Below are positions 34,092 through 42,854 of a DNA stretch of 64,000 bases, in pieces. The first letter of the stretch is position 1, and every line of letters starts with the position of its first letter. The stretch spans positions 487 through 64,486 of the forward strand of contig CAWIEP010000046.1 of the NCBI GenBank assembly GCA_963835115.1, read 5' to 3'. This stretch comes from an uncultured Pseudomonadota bacterium. GTDB taxonomy: Bacteria; Pseudomonadota; Alphaproteobacteria; Rhizobiales; Beijerinckiaceae. The notes below the pieces were generated by a model. The model had not been told where the DNA came from. It did not search any database and saw nothing but the letters and a program-made list of their open reading frames with translations. A program made the position numbers and the translations under genes.

Positions 34092-35025
34092 ATGACCAGC
34101 ACGAGCGATCTCCGATCTTCGCCGCCGACCGGCGCGGCCGCACGCCTATCCCGAGCCTTCCGCGGTGCTGGAGCTGTTGAAGCCGATCACCTGGTTTCCG
34201 CCGATGTGGGCGTTCGCCTGCGGCGTCGTTTCCTCCGGCCAGCCGATCCTGGCCAACGGGCGCATCGCGCTGACCGGCATCGTGCTGGCGGGGCCGCTGG
34301 TTTGCGCGATGAGCCAGGCGATCAACGATTGGTGCGACCGCGAGGTCGACGCCATCAACGAGCCGAACCGGCCGATACCGTCGGGGCGCATCCCTGGCCG
34401 TTGGGGGCTCTATATCGCCATCGGTCTGGACCGCTGCTTTCGCTGCTCGTGGCGGCGACGCTCGGGCTCTGGGTGTTCATTTCCGCCGTGGTCGGTCTGG
34501 CCTTCGCCTGGGCCTACAGCGCCGAGCCGTTCCGGCTCAAGCGCAACGGCTGGCTCGGCAACGCCGCTTGCGGCTTCTCCTATGAGGGTCTGGCATGGGT
34601 GACGGGCGCCGCGGCGATGCTCGGCGGCGCCTTGCCCTCCGCGTCGATCCTGTGGCTGGCGTTTCTTTACAGCCTCGGCGCCCACGGCATCATGACTTTG
34701 AACGATTTCAAATCGATCAAAGGGCGATGCGCAGATGGGGATCGACTCTGTCCCCGTCCTGATGGGCCCCAAGGGCGCGGCTTGGGCGGCCAGCTTCATC
34801 ATGGCCGCGCCGCAGGTCGCCGTCATCGGCCTGCTGGTGGCGTGGGGACATCCCTATTTTGCGGCGTTCGTCGGCGCCCTTTGGCTCGGGCAACTCGCGA
34901 TGATGGCGAAATTCATCGCCGAGCCGGTCAAACGCGCCGTTTGGTACAGCGGCTTCGGCGTCCCCCTTTATGTCCTGGGGATGATGGCGAGCGCGTTCGC
35001 GGTGCGGGCCGCGGCCGGCGGATAG
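34092..35025 (+). CDS. bchG: Bacteriochlorophyll synthase (UbiA family), frameshifted
   Basis: LELLKPITWFPPMWAFACGVVSSG, LAGPLVC..SQAINDWCDREVDAINEPNRPIPSGRIPGRWG, KRNGWLGNAACG.SYEGLAW, GAHGIMTLNDFKS, GVPLYVLGMM. Confidence 0.93.
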
Positions 35026-35163
35026 CCGTAGGCGACGCTCAAGCCGCTGAACTTGCACGCCCATTGACGGGACCAGCCGCGCTTGCGTCGCCGCCGGCTT
35101 GTCGGCCCTTGCCGCCCCTGCTATCCCCGCGCCAATCCCGAAACACAAAGTCTGAGGCAGTTC

Positions 35164-36819
35164 ATGGCCGCGCGCCAGTTCATCTACCACATGCGGGGTC
35201 TGACCAAGACCTATCCCAGCGGCAAGAAGGTGTTGGAAAACGTTAATCTCTCCTTCTATCCCGACGCCAAGATCGGCGTGCTCGGCGTCAACGGCTCCGG
35301 CAAATCGACGCTGATGCGCATCATGGCCGGCATCGACACCGAATTCGTTGGCGAGGGATTTGTCGCCGAGGGCGCCCGCGTCGGCTATCTGCCGCAGGAA
35401 CCGCCGCTCGATCCGGAACTGGATGTCCGCGGCAACGTGACGCTCGGCGTCAAGGCCAAGCAGGACATCCTCGACCGCTACAACGAACTCGCGATGAACT
35501 ATTCCGACGAGACCGCCGACGAAATGACGCGACTGCAGGATGAGATCGAGGCCAAGGGGCTGTGGGATCTCGACTCCCAGGTCGAGCAGGCGATGGACGC
35601 GCTCGGTTGCCCGCCCGACGACGCCGACGTCACAAAGCTCTCGGGCGGCGAGCGCCGCCGCGTTGCGCTGTGCCGGCTGCTGCTCGAACAGCCGGAGCTG
35701 CTGTTGCTCGACGAGCCCACCAACCATCTCGACGCGGAGACGGTCAACTGGCTCGAAGGCCACTTGCGCAACTATCCCGGCGCGATCCTCATCGTCACCC
35801 ACGACCGCTACTTCCTCGACAACGTGACGGGTTGGATCCTCGAACTCGACCGCGGTCGCGGCATTCCCTACGAGGGCAATTACACGGCGTGGCTGAAGGC
35901 CAAGCAAAAGCGCATCGAGCAGGAGAAGAGCGAGGACGCCTCCCGCGCGCGCGCCATCGCGGAGGAAGCCGAATGGATCTCCGCCTCGCCGAAGGCGCGA
36001 CAGGCCAAGAACAAGGCGCGCATCACGCGCTATGAGGACCTCGTCAACAAGCAGAACGACAGGGCGCCGAGCACCACTCAGATCGTCATCCCCGTCGCCG
36101 AGCGGCTGGGCGCGAACGTCATCGACTTCGACCGTCTGTCGAAGGGCTTTGCCGAGCGACTGTTGATCGACGACCTCTCGTTCAAGCTGCCGCCCGGCGG
36201 CATCGTCGGCGTCATCGGCCCCAACGGCGCGGGCAAGACGACCCTTTTTCGCATGATCACCGGCCAGGAGAAGCCGGACTCCGGCGCGATCAAAATCGGC
36301 GAATTCGTGCAGCTCGGCTATGTCGACCAGTCGCGCGACGCGCTGAACCCCAAGAAAACCGTGTGGGAGGAAATCTCGGGCGGGCAGGACATCATCTATT
36401 TCGGCAAACGCGAGATCAACAGCCGCGCCTATTGCGGCGCGTTCAACTTCAAGGGCTCCGACCAGCAGAAGAAGGTCGGCATGCTTTCGGGCGGCGAGCG
36501 CAACCGCGTGCATCTCGCCCAGATGCTGAAGGGCGGCGCGAACTTGCTACTGCTCGACGAGCCGACCAACGACCTCGACGTCGACACTTTGCGCGCGCTC
36601 GAGGAGGCGTTGCTGGATTTCGCCGGCTGCGCGGTGGTGATCAGCCACGACCGTTTCTTCCTCGACCGCATCGCCACTCACATGCTGGCTTTCGAGGGCG
36701 ACAGCCATGTCGAATGGTTCGAGGGCAATTTCGCGGACTACGAAGAGGACAAGAAGCGCCGGCTCGGGATTGACAGCGTCATCCCACACCGGCTCAAGTA
36801 CAAGAAATTTTCGCGGTAG
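35164..36819 (+). CDS. ettA: ABC-F translational throttle EttA/ChvD
   Basis: [76 protein letters not shown]; intact. Confidence 0.96.
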   Translation: MAARQFIYHMRGLTKTYPSGKKVLENVNLSFYPDAKIGVLGVNGSGKSTLMRIMAGIDTEFVGEGFVAEGARVGYLPQEPPLDPELDVRGNVTLGVKAKQDILDRYNELAMNYSDETADEMTRLQDEIEAKGLWDLDSQVEQAMDALGCPPDDADVTKLSGGERRRVALCRLLLEQPELLLLDEPTNHLDAETVNWLEGHLRNYPGAILIVTHDRYFLDNVTGWILELDRGRGIPYEGNYTAWLKAKQKRIEQEKSEDASRARAIAEEAEWISASPKARQAKNKARITRYEDLVNKQNDRAPSTTQIVIPVAERLGANVIDFDRLSKGFAERLLIDDLSFKLPPGGIVGVIGPNGAGKTTLFRMITGQEKPDSGAIKIGEFVQLGYVDQSRDALNPKKTVWEEISGGQDIIYFGKREINSRAYCGAFNFKGSDQQKKVGMLSGGERNRVHLAQMLKGGANLLLLDEPTNDLDVDTLRALEEALLDFAGCAVVISHDRFFLDRIATHMLAFEGDSHVEWFEGNFADYEEDKKRRLGIDSVIPHRLKYKKFSR

Positions 36820-36935
36820 GGCGAGAGCTCGGCCTCGTCGAGGTTGCGACCGGCCGCGCGAGGGGCGCCGCCCCTTGCCCGCCTGCGAAAAACAGGTCAC
36901 AGAAGCTGCAATTTCCTGACCGCGAACCGCCATCG

Positions 36936-37712
36936 ATGCTGATACTCCACTACCATCTTTTCAAGAACGCCGGCACCTCGGTCGACGCGATGTTGAAAGC
37001 CAATTTCGGCGATCGCTGGGAGGAGGCCGAGTTCAGCGGATCGGGCGGCGCGCGCACGAACGCCGATCAGGTCACGGCGTATCTCAAGGCGCGGCCTCAC
37101 CTTCGCGCGTTCTCTTCGCACACCGCGCTGTTGCCGCTGCCGAGGCTCGACCAGCCGATCTTTCCGATCTTGTTCGTGCGGCATCCGATAGATCGGATCA
37201 AATCCGCCTATTCTTTCGAACGTAAGCAGGTGGCGGAGACGCACGGCGCCCTTCTCGCCAAGGAGCACGACTTCGCCGGCTACGTGCGTGAGCTCCTGGA
37301 CACGCCCGGCAATCGGCAGGCGCGCAATTTCCATACGCATCGTCTGGCCCACAACGAGCCGAAGGAGAAGGGCGCGGAGCGCGAGCGGGCGTTGCGGACG
37401 CTCAACGCATTGCCGTTCGTGGGCCTGGTGGAGGAATACGAGACGTCGATGCTGCGTCTTCGGCAAAGTTTGGCGGACGCCTTGCCGGATTTGAAGATAG
37501 TGATCGTGCACGCCAACAAGACACAGGAGTTGAAGGAACCGCTGGAAAGCAAGCTGAATTCGATTGAGCGGGCGCTCGGCGAGAAGCTGTATACGGAATT
37601 GACAGCCGCCAATGTGGACGACCTCGCGATTTTTGAGCGCGTTCAGGCGTTGTACGCCGAAGTGAAGCCCGCGAGCGCAAGCGCGCCTTGGGAGGCGCAC
37701 GGGGGGCTGTGA
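36936..37712 (+). CDS. Sulfotransferase family 2-like protein
   Basis: HLFKNAGTS (5'-PAPS loop-like) and FVRHPIDRIKSAYSF (3'-phosphate motif-like), FVGLVEEY, ANVDDLAIF. Confidence 0.75.
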   Translation: MLILHYHLFKNAGTSVDAMLKANFGDRWEEAEFSGSGGARTNADQVTAYLKARPHLRAFSSHTALLPLPRLDQPIFPILFVRHPIDRIKSAYSFERKQVAETHGALLAKEHDFAGYVRELLDTPGNRQARNFHTHRLAHNEPKEKGAERERALRTLNALPFVGLVEEYETSMLRLRQSLADALPDLKIVIVHANKTQELKEPLESKLNSIERALGEKLYTELTAANVDDLAIFERVQALYAEVKPASASAPWEAHGGL

Positions 37713-37787
37713 TTTCGCGACCCCTCGCTTGCCGTTTTGGTAAAGTAACATGGCGGCGCCTGACCGAAACCGTTAGATGAGCGCAAG

Positions 37788-39074
37788 TCAGGAACCGGAC
37801 AGAAACTCATTTTCAAAGAAATGCGTGAAGTCGTCCACAGGCGCGATCATATCCAGGCCGTTGCGCTGGAGGAAGCTCAAGCGACGCCGCGTTTCCTCGG
37901 ACAGCCGTTCGCCGTCGGGTCCGAGCGCCTCGAAGCCAAAATAGGCCAGCCGGCGCTGGTTCGCGATCACCCAATATTCGCGCGACAGATGCGCGCCATG
38001 CATTTCCATGACCCGCGTACCGGGCTGCGCGAAGATAAGGTTCGCCAAACCCGCCCCGTGCGGCGCCAGAACGTGGCTCGCCGCGCGGAACGACTCCGCC
38101 GCCTCGCGAATGCTCATGTCCTCCAGGTACAAGGTTTCAAACCCATGCCTCTCCAACACCGGCAGCAGCGCATCCTCGTTGAGGATACGCCGCCGAGTCG
38201 CCTTGTTGCGGCTGATATACAACCGTCGGCTCTGCGGCCGAGGGGAAAAGTTCTCCAGAAACAATCCCACCACAGAGTCGTAAATCCGATCGTGGGCGGC
38301 GAAATCCCGGCGGGGGTTGCTTATGTAGGTGAACGCTTCAGTAGCAAACAGCTCACCAGCTTTGTCCCGAGTCACCACCCGCGACAAGTCGACCCCCAAA
38401 GCTTCGAGCGCGGCTTTGTGGAATTTCGAGCGCACCGTCGCGAACAGGAAATGGTCGTAGCCGTCGAGCGAACCCTCGGCTTCGCGTGTTAGAAGAAGCC
38501 GAGGCAGCGTGTCGAGCATCCAATGGGTGTAGATGGGGGAGCCTTCGACCACCGCGAGGAAACTGCGCCCTTTGAGTGAAACGGGCGGGCTCGCCTCAAG
38601 GTAGGGAACGAAGAGGCGTCCCCGCGGATCGCTCGTGTTGGCGATGACGCCCTCGGGCGTCCATGAAATGCGACGAAAGTTTGCGACATGGTGGATCGAG
38701 GCGCCCCCGTCGATGCGCAAAATTGGCGGAGACGAGGACCGCGCCCGTTTGAGCCCGGCCAAAAGGGAGCCTGACGGCGAGTCCCCGTGTGGCGGCTCCA
38801 AATCGCACGACTGCGCCGGCAGGAGTTGCGACTGCGCGATGTTCATTTCCCGCCTTGCGGCGCCTTCCATTAGCCGCGTGCGAAGCCAGTCGGGAAAGTT
38901 GCTGTAAAGCTCGATTTGTTCAGCGTCCGCCGCCGACAACAGCCCCTCGGCGCGCCCTTTCGCGGCGAGCGACTTCAGATCGAATGTAGGAGCGCTGGCC
39001 GCCAACCGCGCGCGCGCCTCCTCTGCGAAGGAGTCGGCGCGCTCCGGAGTGGAGGGCGGGATAGCGTCCGTCAT
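37788..39074 (-). CDS. Glycosyltransferase family 61 (DUF563) protein
   Basis: YTHWMLDTLPRL, RRLYISR....RRILNE, LEDMS..E....F..A..VLAPHGAGLANLIF..PG..VME. Confidence 0.85.
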   Translation of the reverse strand: MTDAIPPSTPERADSFAEEARARLAASAPTFDLKSLAAKGRAEGLLSAADAEQIELYSNFPDWLRTRLMEGAARREMNIAQSQLLPAQSCDLEPPHGDSPSGSLLAGLKRARSSSPPILRIDGGASIHHVANFRRISWTPEGVIANTSDPRGRLFVPYLEASPPVSLKGRSFLAVVEGSPIYTHWMLDTLPRLLLTREAEGSLDGYDHFLFATVRSKFHKAALEALGVDLSRVVTRDKAGELFATEAFTYISNPRRDFAAHDRIYDSVVGLFLENFSPRPQSRRLYISRNKATRRRILNEDALLPVLERHGFETLYLEDMSIREAAESFRAASHVLAPHGAGLANLIFAQPGTRVMEMHGAHLSREYWVIANQRRLAYFGFEALGPDGERLSEETRRRLSFLQRNGLDMIAPVDDFTHFFENEFLSGS

Positions 39075-39090
39075 TAGCTCTGCGCCGCGA

Positions 39091-39891
39091 TCAGCGCGCG
39101 CGTCGTCTCAAGAGCCCTGGACGTGTACCCCTCCACGAGCGAAAGCAATGGCGAAACTCCGCCAAGTCATTACGCAAAAACAACGCGTTGAACTGCAAGG
39201 GAGTTTGAAAATCGCGGGCCGCCATGAAAAACCCCGCATCTCTGATATGTCCAATGACTTCGCCGGCGTTTGCCCCATCCTTCCACATCGGGCGGTTCTC
39301 GATCTCGCAATAGATCATCGCCGTTTTCGCCAGCGTCTTGGCCGCTCCGCTCAGGACTTTGTCGGCGGCCCCTTCGACGTCGATCCACATACAGATGCGC
39401 TCAGCGCTGACCGAAGCCACAAGTTCGTCCAGGGCGATGGCGCGGACGGTCACCTCTGTCATCTCGCTGCCGCCGATGCCAATCTCGTTGAGAGAACCCA
39501 TCCGCGACACTTTCGGCTTCGGCTGGCCAGCAACGACTTCGGGAATGAAGAAACGGGCCTCCCCCGAGCGGGCGTCAGCGGCAAGATGAAGATATTCGAC
39601 CCCGGCCGCGCTCGCTTGCTTGGCGAATGACTCGTACACACGGGGATTCGCCTCCAGCGCAATGGCCCGAATCTCGGGATAGGCCGCCTTCATCCGCTTG
39701 GAGAATGCGGCCTCGAACGCTCCAACTTCAAGAAAGAGATCAGGGAGCAGCGTGGCGACGAGCTGATCCAGGGTTTCCTCAAGCGCGGCGGTAACCTGCG
39801 CGCGGTCTCCCCTGGGAATTTTCGTCGCCTCCCGACGCATGAACGCATCCTCCAACGACGCCAAGATTTGCGAATATGTCTTTTCGGTCAT
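39091..39891 (-). CDS. FkbM-family methyltransferase
   Basis: FLEVGAFEA, ALEANP, V...ALDEL, MWIDVEGA...VLSGA, IYCEIE, QFNALF. Confidence 0.85.
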   Translation of the reverse strand: MTEKTYSQILASLEDAFMRREATKIPRGDRAQVTAALEETLDQLVATLLPDLFLEVGAFEAAFSKRMKAAYPEIRAIALEANPRVYESFAKQASAAGVEYLHLAADARSGEARFFIPEVVAGQPKPKVSRMGSLNEIGIGGSEMTEVTVRAIALDELVASVSAERICMWIDVEGAADKVLSGAAKTLAKTAMIYCEIENRPMWKDGANAGEVIGHIRDAGFFMAARDFQTPLQFNALFLRNDLAEFRHCFRSWRGTRPGLLRRRAR

Positions 39892-40130
39892 GGTCCCTGC
39901 AAATATTTCGTGGTCAACGCGGATCTCGGTCCGGGCAGGCTTCGCACGGGCCCGACATGCGCATCGATCGGGCGCGGAATGCTCTATAGCCGACAATCTT
40001 CGACTTTGCCCAGACGGGTCCCGGGCTCGATCTGCGGCCATTCGGCGCTAGCCAAACGCCTCCCGTCGCCTCAATCCCAACTCAAGCTTTGCGCAGTATA
40101 GACAGCTGTAAAATTGCGAAGAGTCGAGGA

Positions 40131-40370
40131 ATGACGACGCTTCCGGCCGACGAAGATTACGCCAAAGGCCTTTTGACGATTTTTAGCGCCCACGCGGTGC
40201 GCCCTGGCCAGAGTCTGCGTGAGAGCGAGGTCAGCCGCGAATTCCGCCTGCGCAATCTCGGCCGCGATTTCGACTATCGCGCCGCAGTCGCCTATTCGGA
40301 AACTCAGGGTTGGATCCGGCGCGAGTCAGATTGGCTTCGGTTGACCCGCGGCGGCTTCGCGGAAATGTAG
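40131..40370 (+). CDS. Small hypothetical protein (79 aa, possible winged helix)
   Basis: GAGGA RBS-like, protein-like composition; ends GWI....WLRLTRGGFAEM, typical of a wHTH wing. Confidence 0.55.
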   Translation: MTTLPADEDYAKGLLTIFSAHAVRPGQSLRESEVSREFRLRNLGRDFDYRAAVAYSETQGWIRRESDWLRLTRGGFAEM

Positions 40371-40374
40371 TTTT

Positions 40375-41259
40375 TCAAGGCGCCGGCGCCTCGCGCTCGG
40401 CGATCGCCTCGCCCCCCAGCTCGAGTCCGCGTGCGCGAATAGCGGTGCGCCAGCGGCCGCCCTCGCGGTCGAGCGCGACGAAATAATAGCACGCGCGGTG
40501 GGCGGCGTCCGCCGCGGCGGAGGAGATCGAGGGCGCGCCCAGCGCTGGCGCAAAGCCCAGCGCGTTGCGGGTCGCGCGCGAAGCCAGGCGATGCGCCATC
40601 GCGCGATGGGTATGGCCATGCAGGATCAACTCGGCCCCCCATTCCGCGACGACCGCCTCGAATGCGCCAGCGTCGTCGAGCCCGCGCAAGAACGGCGCGC
40701 GGCCGCCGCGCATCGGCGGATGGTGGATCATCACCACCCGGGCGAGGCCCGCCGTCTCCTTAAGCAACGTTGCCAAGGCGGCGAGTTGGGCCGCGCCGAG
40801 GCGGCCGGTGGCGAGAAACGGCGCCGTCGGGACGCCAGTGTTGAGGCCGATCAGCGCAACCTCGCCGCGCCGGCGCAGATAGGGGAAGCGGTAGCCCTCG
40901 GTCCAGGGCGCGAAGGTCTGTGCGAGGACCGGCAGCGCGTCGCGCACATAGGCGTCGTGGTTGCCGGGCGTGAACGATACGTCGGCGGGGCGCCCAGCGT
41001 CCGCATCCACTCGGCGGCGCGCGCGAATTCCGAGCGCAGGCCGAGATTGACGGCGTCGCCGGTCATGGCGACGTGATCGGGTTTTTGCGACGCGCAGGTC
41101 GGCGACGAGCCGGGCAAGCATCTCCATGTCGTTGAGCCGCTCGCGGCCGCGCTTCCAGTTGACCCAGCCGAGGAATCGCTTCAACCGCAATTCGCGGCCG
41201 CCCGGAAACGGCGCCGGGCTCAGATGCGGGTCGGAAAGATGCGCGATCGTGAAAGTCAT
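40375..41259 (-). CDS. Calcineurin-like metallophosphoesterase (Icc/CpdA-like), compensating indels
   Basis: AHLSDPHL, VAMTGDAVN (alternative frame), PGNHDAY, MIHHPP, LHGHTH. Confidence 0.88.
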   Translation of the reverse strand: MTFTIAHLSDPHLSPAPFPGGRELRLKRFLGWVNWKRGRERLNDMEMLARLVADLRVAKTRSRRHDRRRRQSRPALGIRARRRVDADAGRPADVSFTPGNHDAYVRDALPVLAQTFAPWTEGYRFPYLRRRGEVALIGLNTGVPTAPFLATGRLGAAQLAALATLLKETAGLARVVMIHHPPMRGGRAPFLRGLDDAGAFEAVVAEWGAELILHGHTHRAMAHRLASRATRNALGFAPALGAPSISSAAADAAHRACYYFVALDREGGRWRTAIRARGLELGGEAIAEREAPAP

Positions 41260-41364
41260 GAAGGGCTCGCCGCGGCGACGCGAACGCCCGCGTCGTCGGG
41301 CGCGGGTATAGCGGGCTTAAGCGCGACGCCAAGGCCGTCGCGCAAGCGCCTGCGCGACCGCATC

Positions 41365-41796
41365 ATGCATCTGGCTTTCCTGCTGATGCGGCCGATGACG
41401 CTCGGCGTGCGTGGCGTCGTGCTCGACGCGGAGAGCCGGGTGCTGCTGGTCAAGCACGGCTACACGCCGGGCTGGCATTTTCCCGGCGGCGGCGTCGAGC
41501 CGGGCGAAACCTGCGAGCAGGCGCTCGCGCGCGAGATGGAGGAAGAGGCCTACGTCGTCGTCGAGCCGCCGCTGCGGCTGCATGGGCTGTTCCACAACGC
41601 CAGCATGTCGCCGCGCGATCATGTCGCCGTCTATGTCGCGCGCCGCTTCCGTGTCACGGGCGAACGCCAGCCGGACCGCGAGATTTTGGCGGCGCGGTTT
41701 TTTGCGCTCGACGCGCTGCCGGACGAGACGACGCGGGCGACGCGGGCGCGGCTCGCCGAAATTTGCGATGGCCGGCCGCTTTCGCCGACGTGGTGA
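41365..41796 (+). CDS. NUDIX hydrolase (start uncertain)
   Basis: RPMTLGVRG, VLLVKHGY.PGWHFPGGGVEPGE...ALAREMEEE, SPRDHVAVY. Confidence 0.88.
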   Translation: MHLAFLLMRPMTLGVRGVVLDAESRVLLVKHGYTPGWHFPGGGVEPGETCEQALAREMEEEAYVVVEPPLRLHGLFHNASMSPRDHVAVYVARRFRVTGERQPDREILAARFFALDALPDETTRATRARLAEICDGRPLSPTW

Positions 41797-41831
41797 GGCG
41801 ACGCGCGCACCATGCTAGACGGGCCGCCGCG

Positions 41832-42335
41832 ATGTCCGACCTGCCGTTCATCCTCGAACCCGAGACGCCCGAGGACGAGGAGGCGATCCTGCGTCTCAAC
41901 GAGCGCGTGTTCGGCCCCGGCCGGTTCGCGCGCACCGCCTATCGCGTGCGCGAGATCGACGCCGCCGATCTGTCGCTGAGCTTCGTCGCCCGCGTCGGCC
42001 CGCTGCTGGTCGGCGCCAACGCGATGACGCCGATCTGGATCGGCGAAACGCCGGCCCTTCTGCTGGGGCCGCTGATCGTCGAGCCGGTGTTCCGCAGCCG
42101 CGGCATCGGCGAGGCGCTGGTCAACGCGCTCGCTGCGAGGCCGCGCGCGCGGCGGGCGGCAGGCTGGTCGATCCTGGTCGGCGACGAGCCCTATTACGGC
42201 CGAATGGGGTTTCACGCGACGCCGCCGGGGCGGATCGTGTTTCCGGGACCGGTCGATCCGGCGCGGGTGCTCGTCATTGCGAACTGCAGCCGGGCGCGTT
42301 CGAGGGCGTCACGGGCAAGGTGCAGGGGGGCGTAG
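41832..42335 (+). CDS. GNAT N-acetyltransferase (YhbS-like), indels
   Basis: FGPGRFARTAYRVRE, LLGPLIV.P.FR.RGIG, LVGDEPYYGRMGF, PGPVDPAR. Confidence 0.88.
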   Translation: MSDLPFILEPETPEDEEAILRLNERVFGPGRFARTAYRVREIDAADLSLSFVARVGPLLVGANAMTPIWIGETPALLLGPLIVEPVFRSRGIGEALVNALAARPRARRAAGWSILVGDEPYYGRMGFHATPPGRIVFPGPVDPARVLVIANCSRARSRASRARCRGA

Positions 42336-42854
42336 GCAAAGGGGGAGAGGTGGCGTTGTCAGAGGGTTAGGCGCCATTTTGTGCAACTCAGGAGCCGAGG
42401 CTGCGCGCTACGGCTTGCGGGTGGGCCTCGACGCTTGGAGCAAGATTTAGAGTGCAGAGACATCGTAACTCTAGAATGCAGTGTCACCGCAACTCCCGCG
42501 GGCGGTGAAGCAGGGCTTTTATCGCCTGCAAAGGGGGAGATTATTCGATGCTGCCCGCAATAGAGGAAGAAAAGACGGAGATTGCTAAATATTACATTAC
42601 ACAGGCTCCCAAGTATAAAGTGAAATTTCTTCAAAAGATATTGGGAGCTGCACGCGAATAACAGTCGCTGGTGGACTATTACGATTCCAATTAACCTCTA
42701 CGCGCAAAAACAATTCCCGAACAGGACTTGGCGGTCACATTCCATTTGGGGCTACCGAAAGCCGGCGCAGAAACGAGCCTCGATCTCCGCAAGCGTCCCG
42801 CAACCCTCGTCGCGGATACCGGCGTCACGTAGGCGAAACCGCAAGCCCCAAATC

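Noticed and set aside
27354-36513. Long antisense ORFs opposite valS, prpE and ettA
   Set aside because: Expected stop-poor shadow frames at high GC3; no motifs
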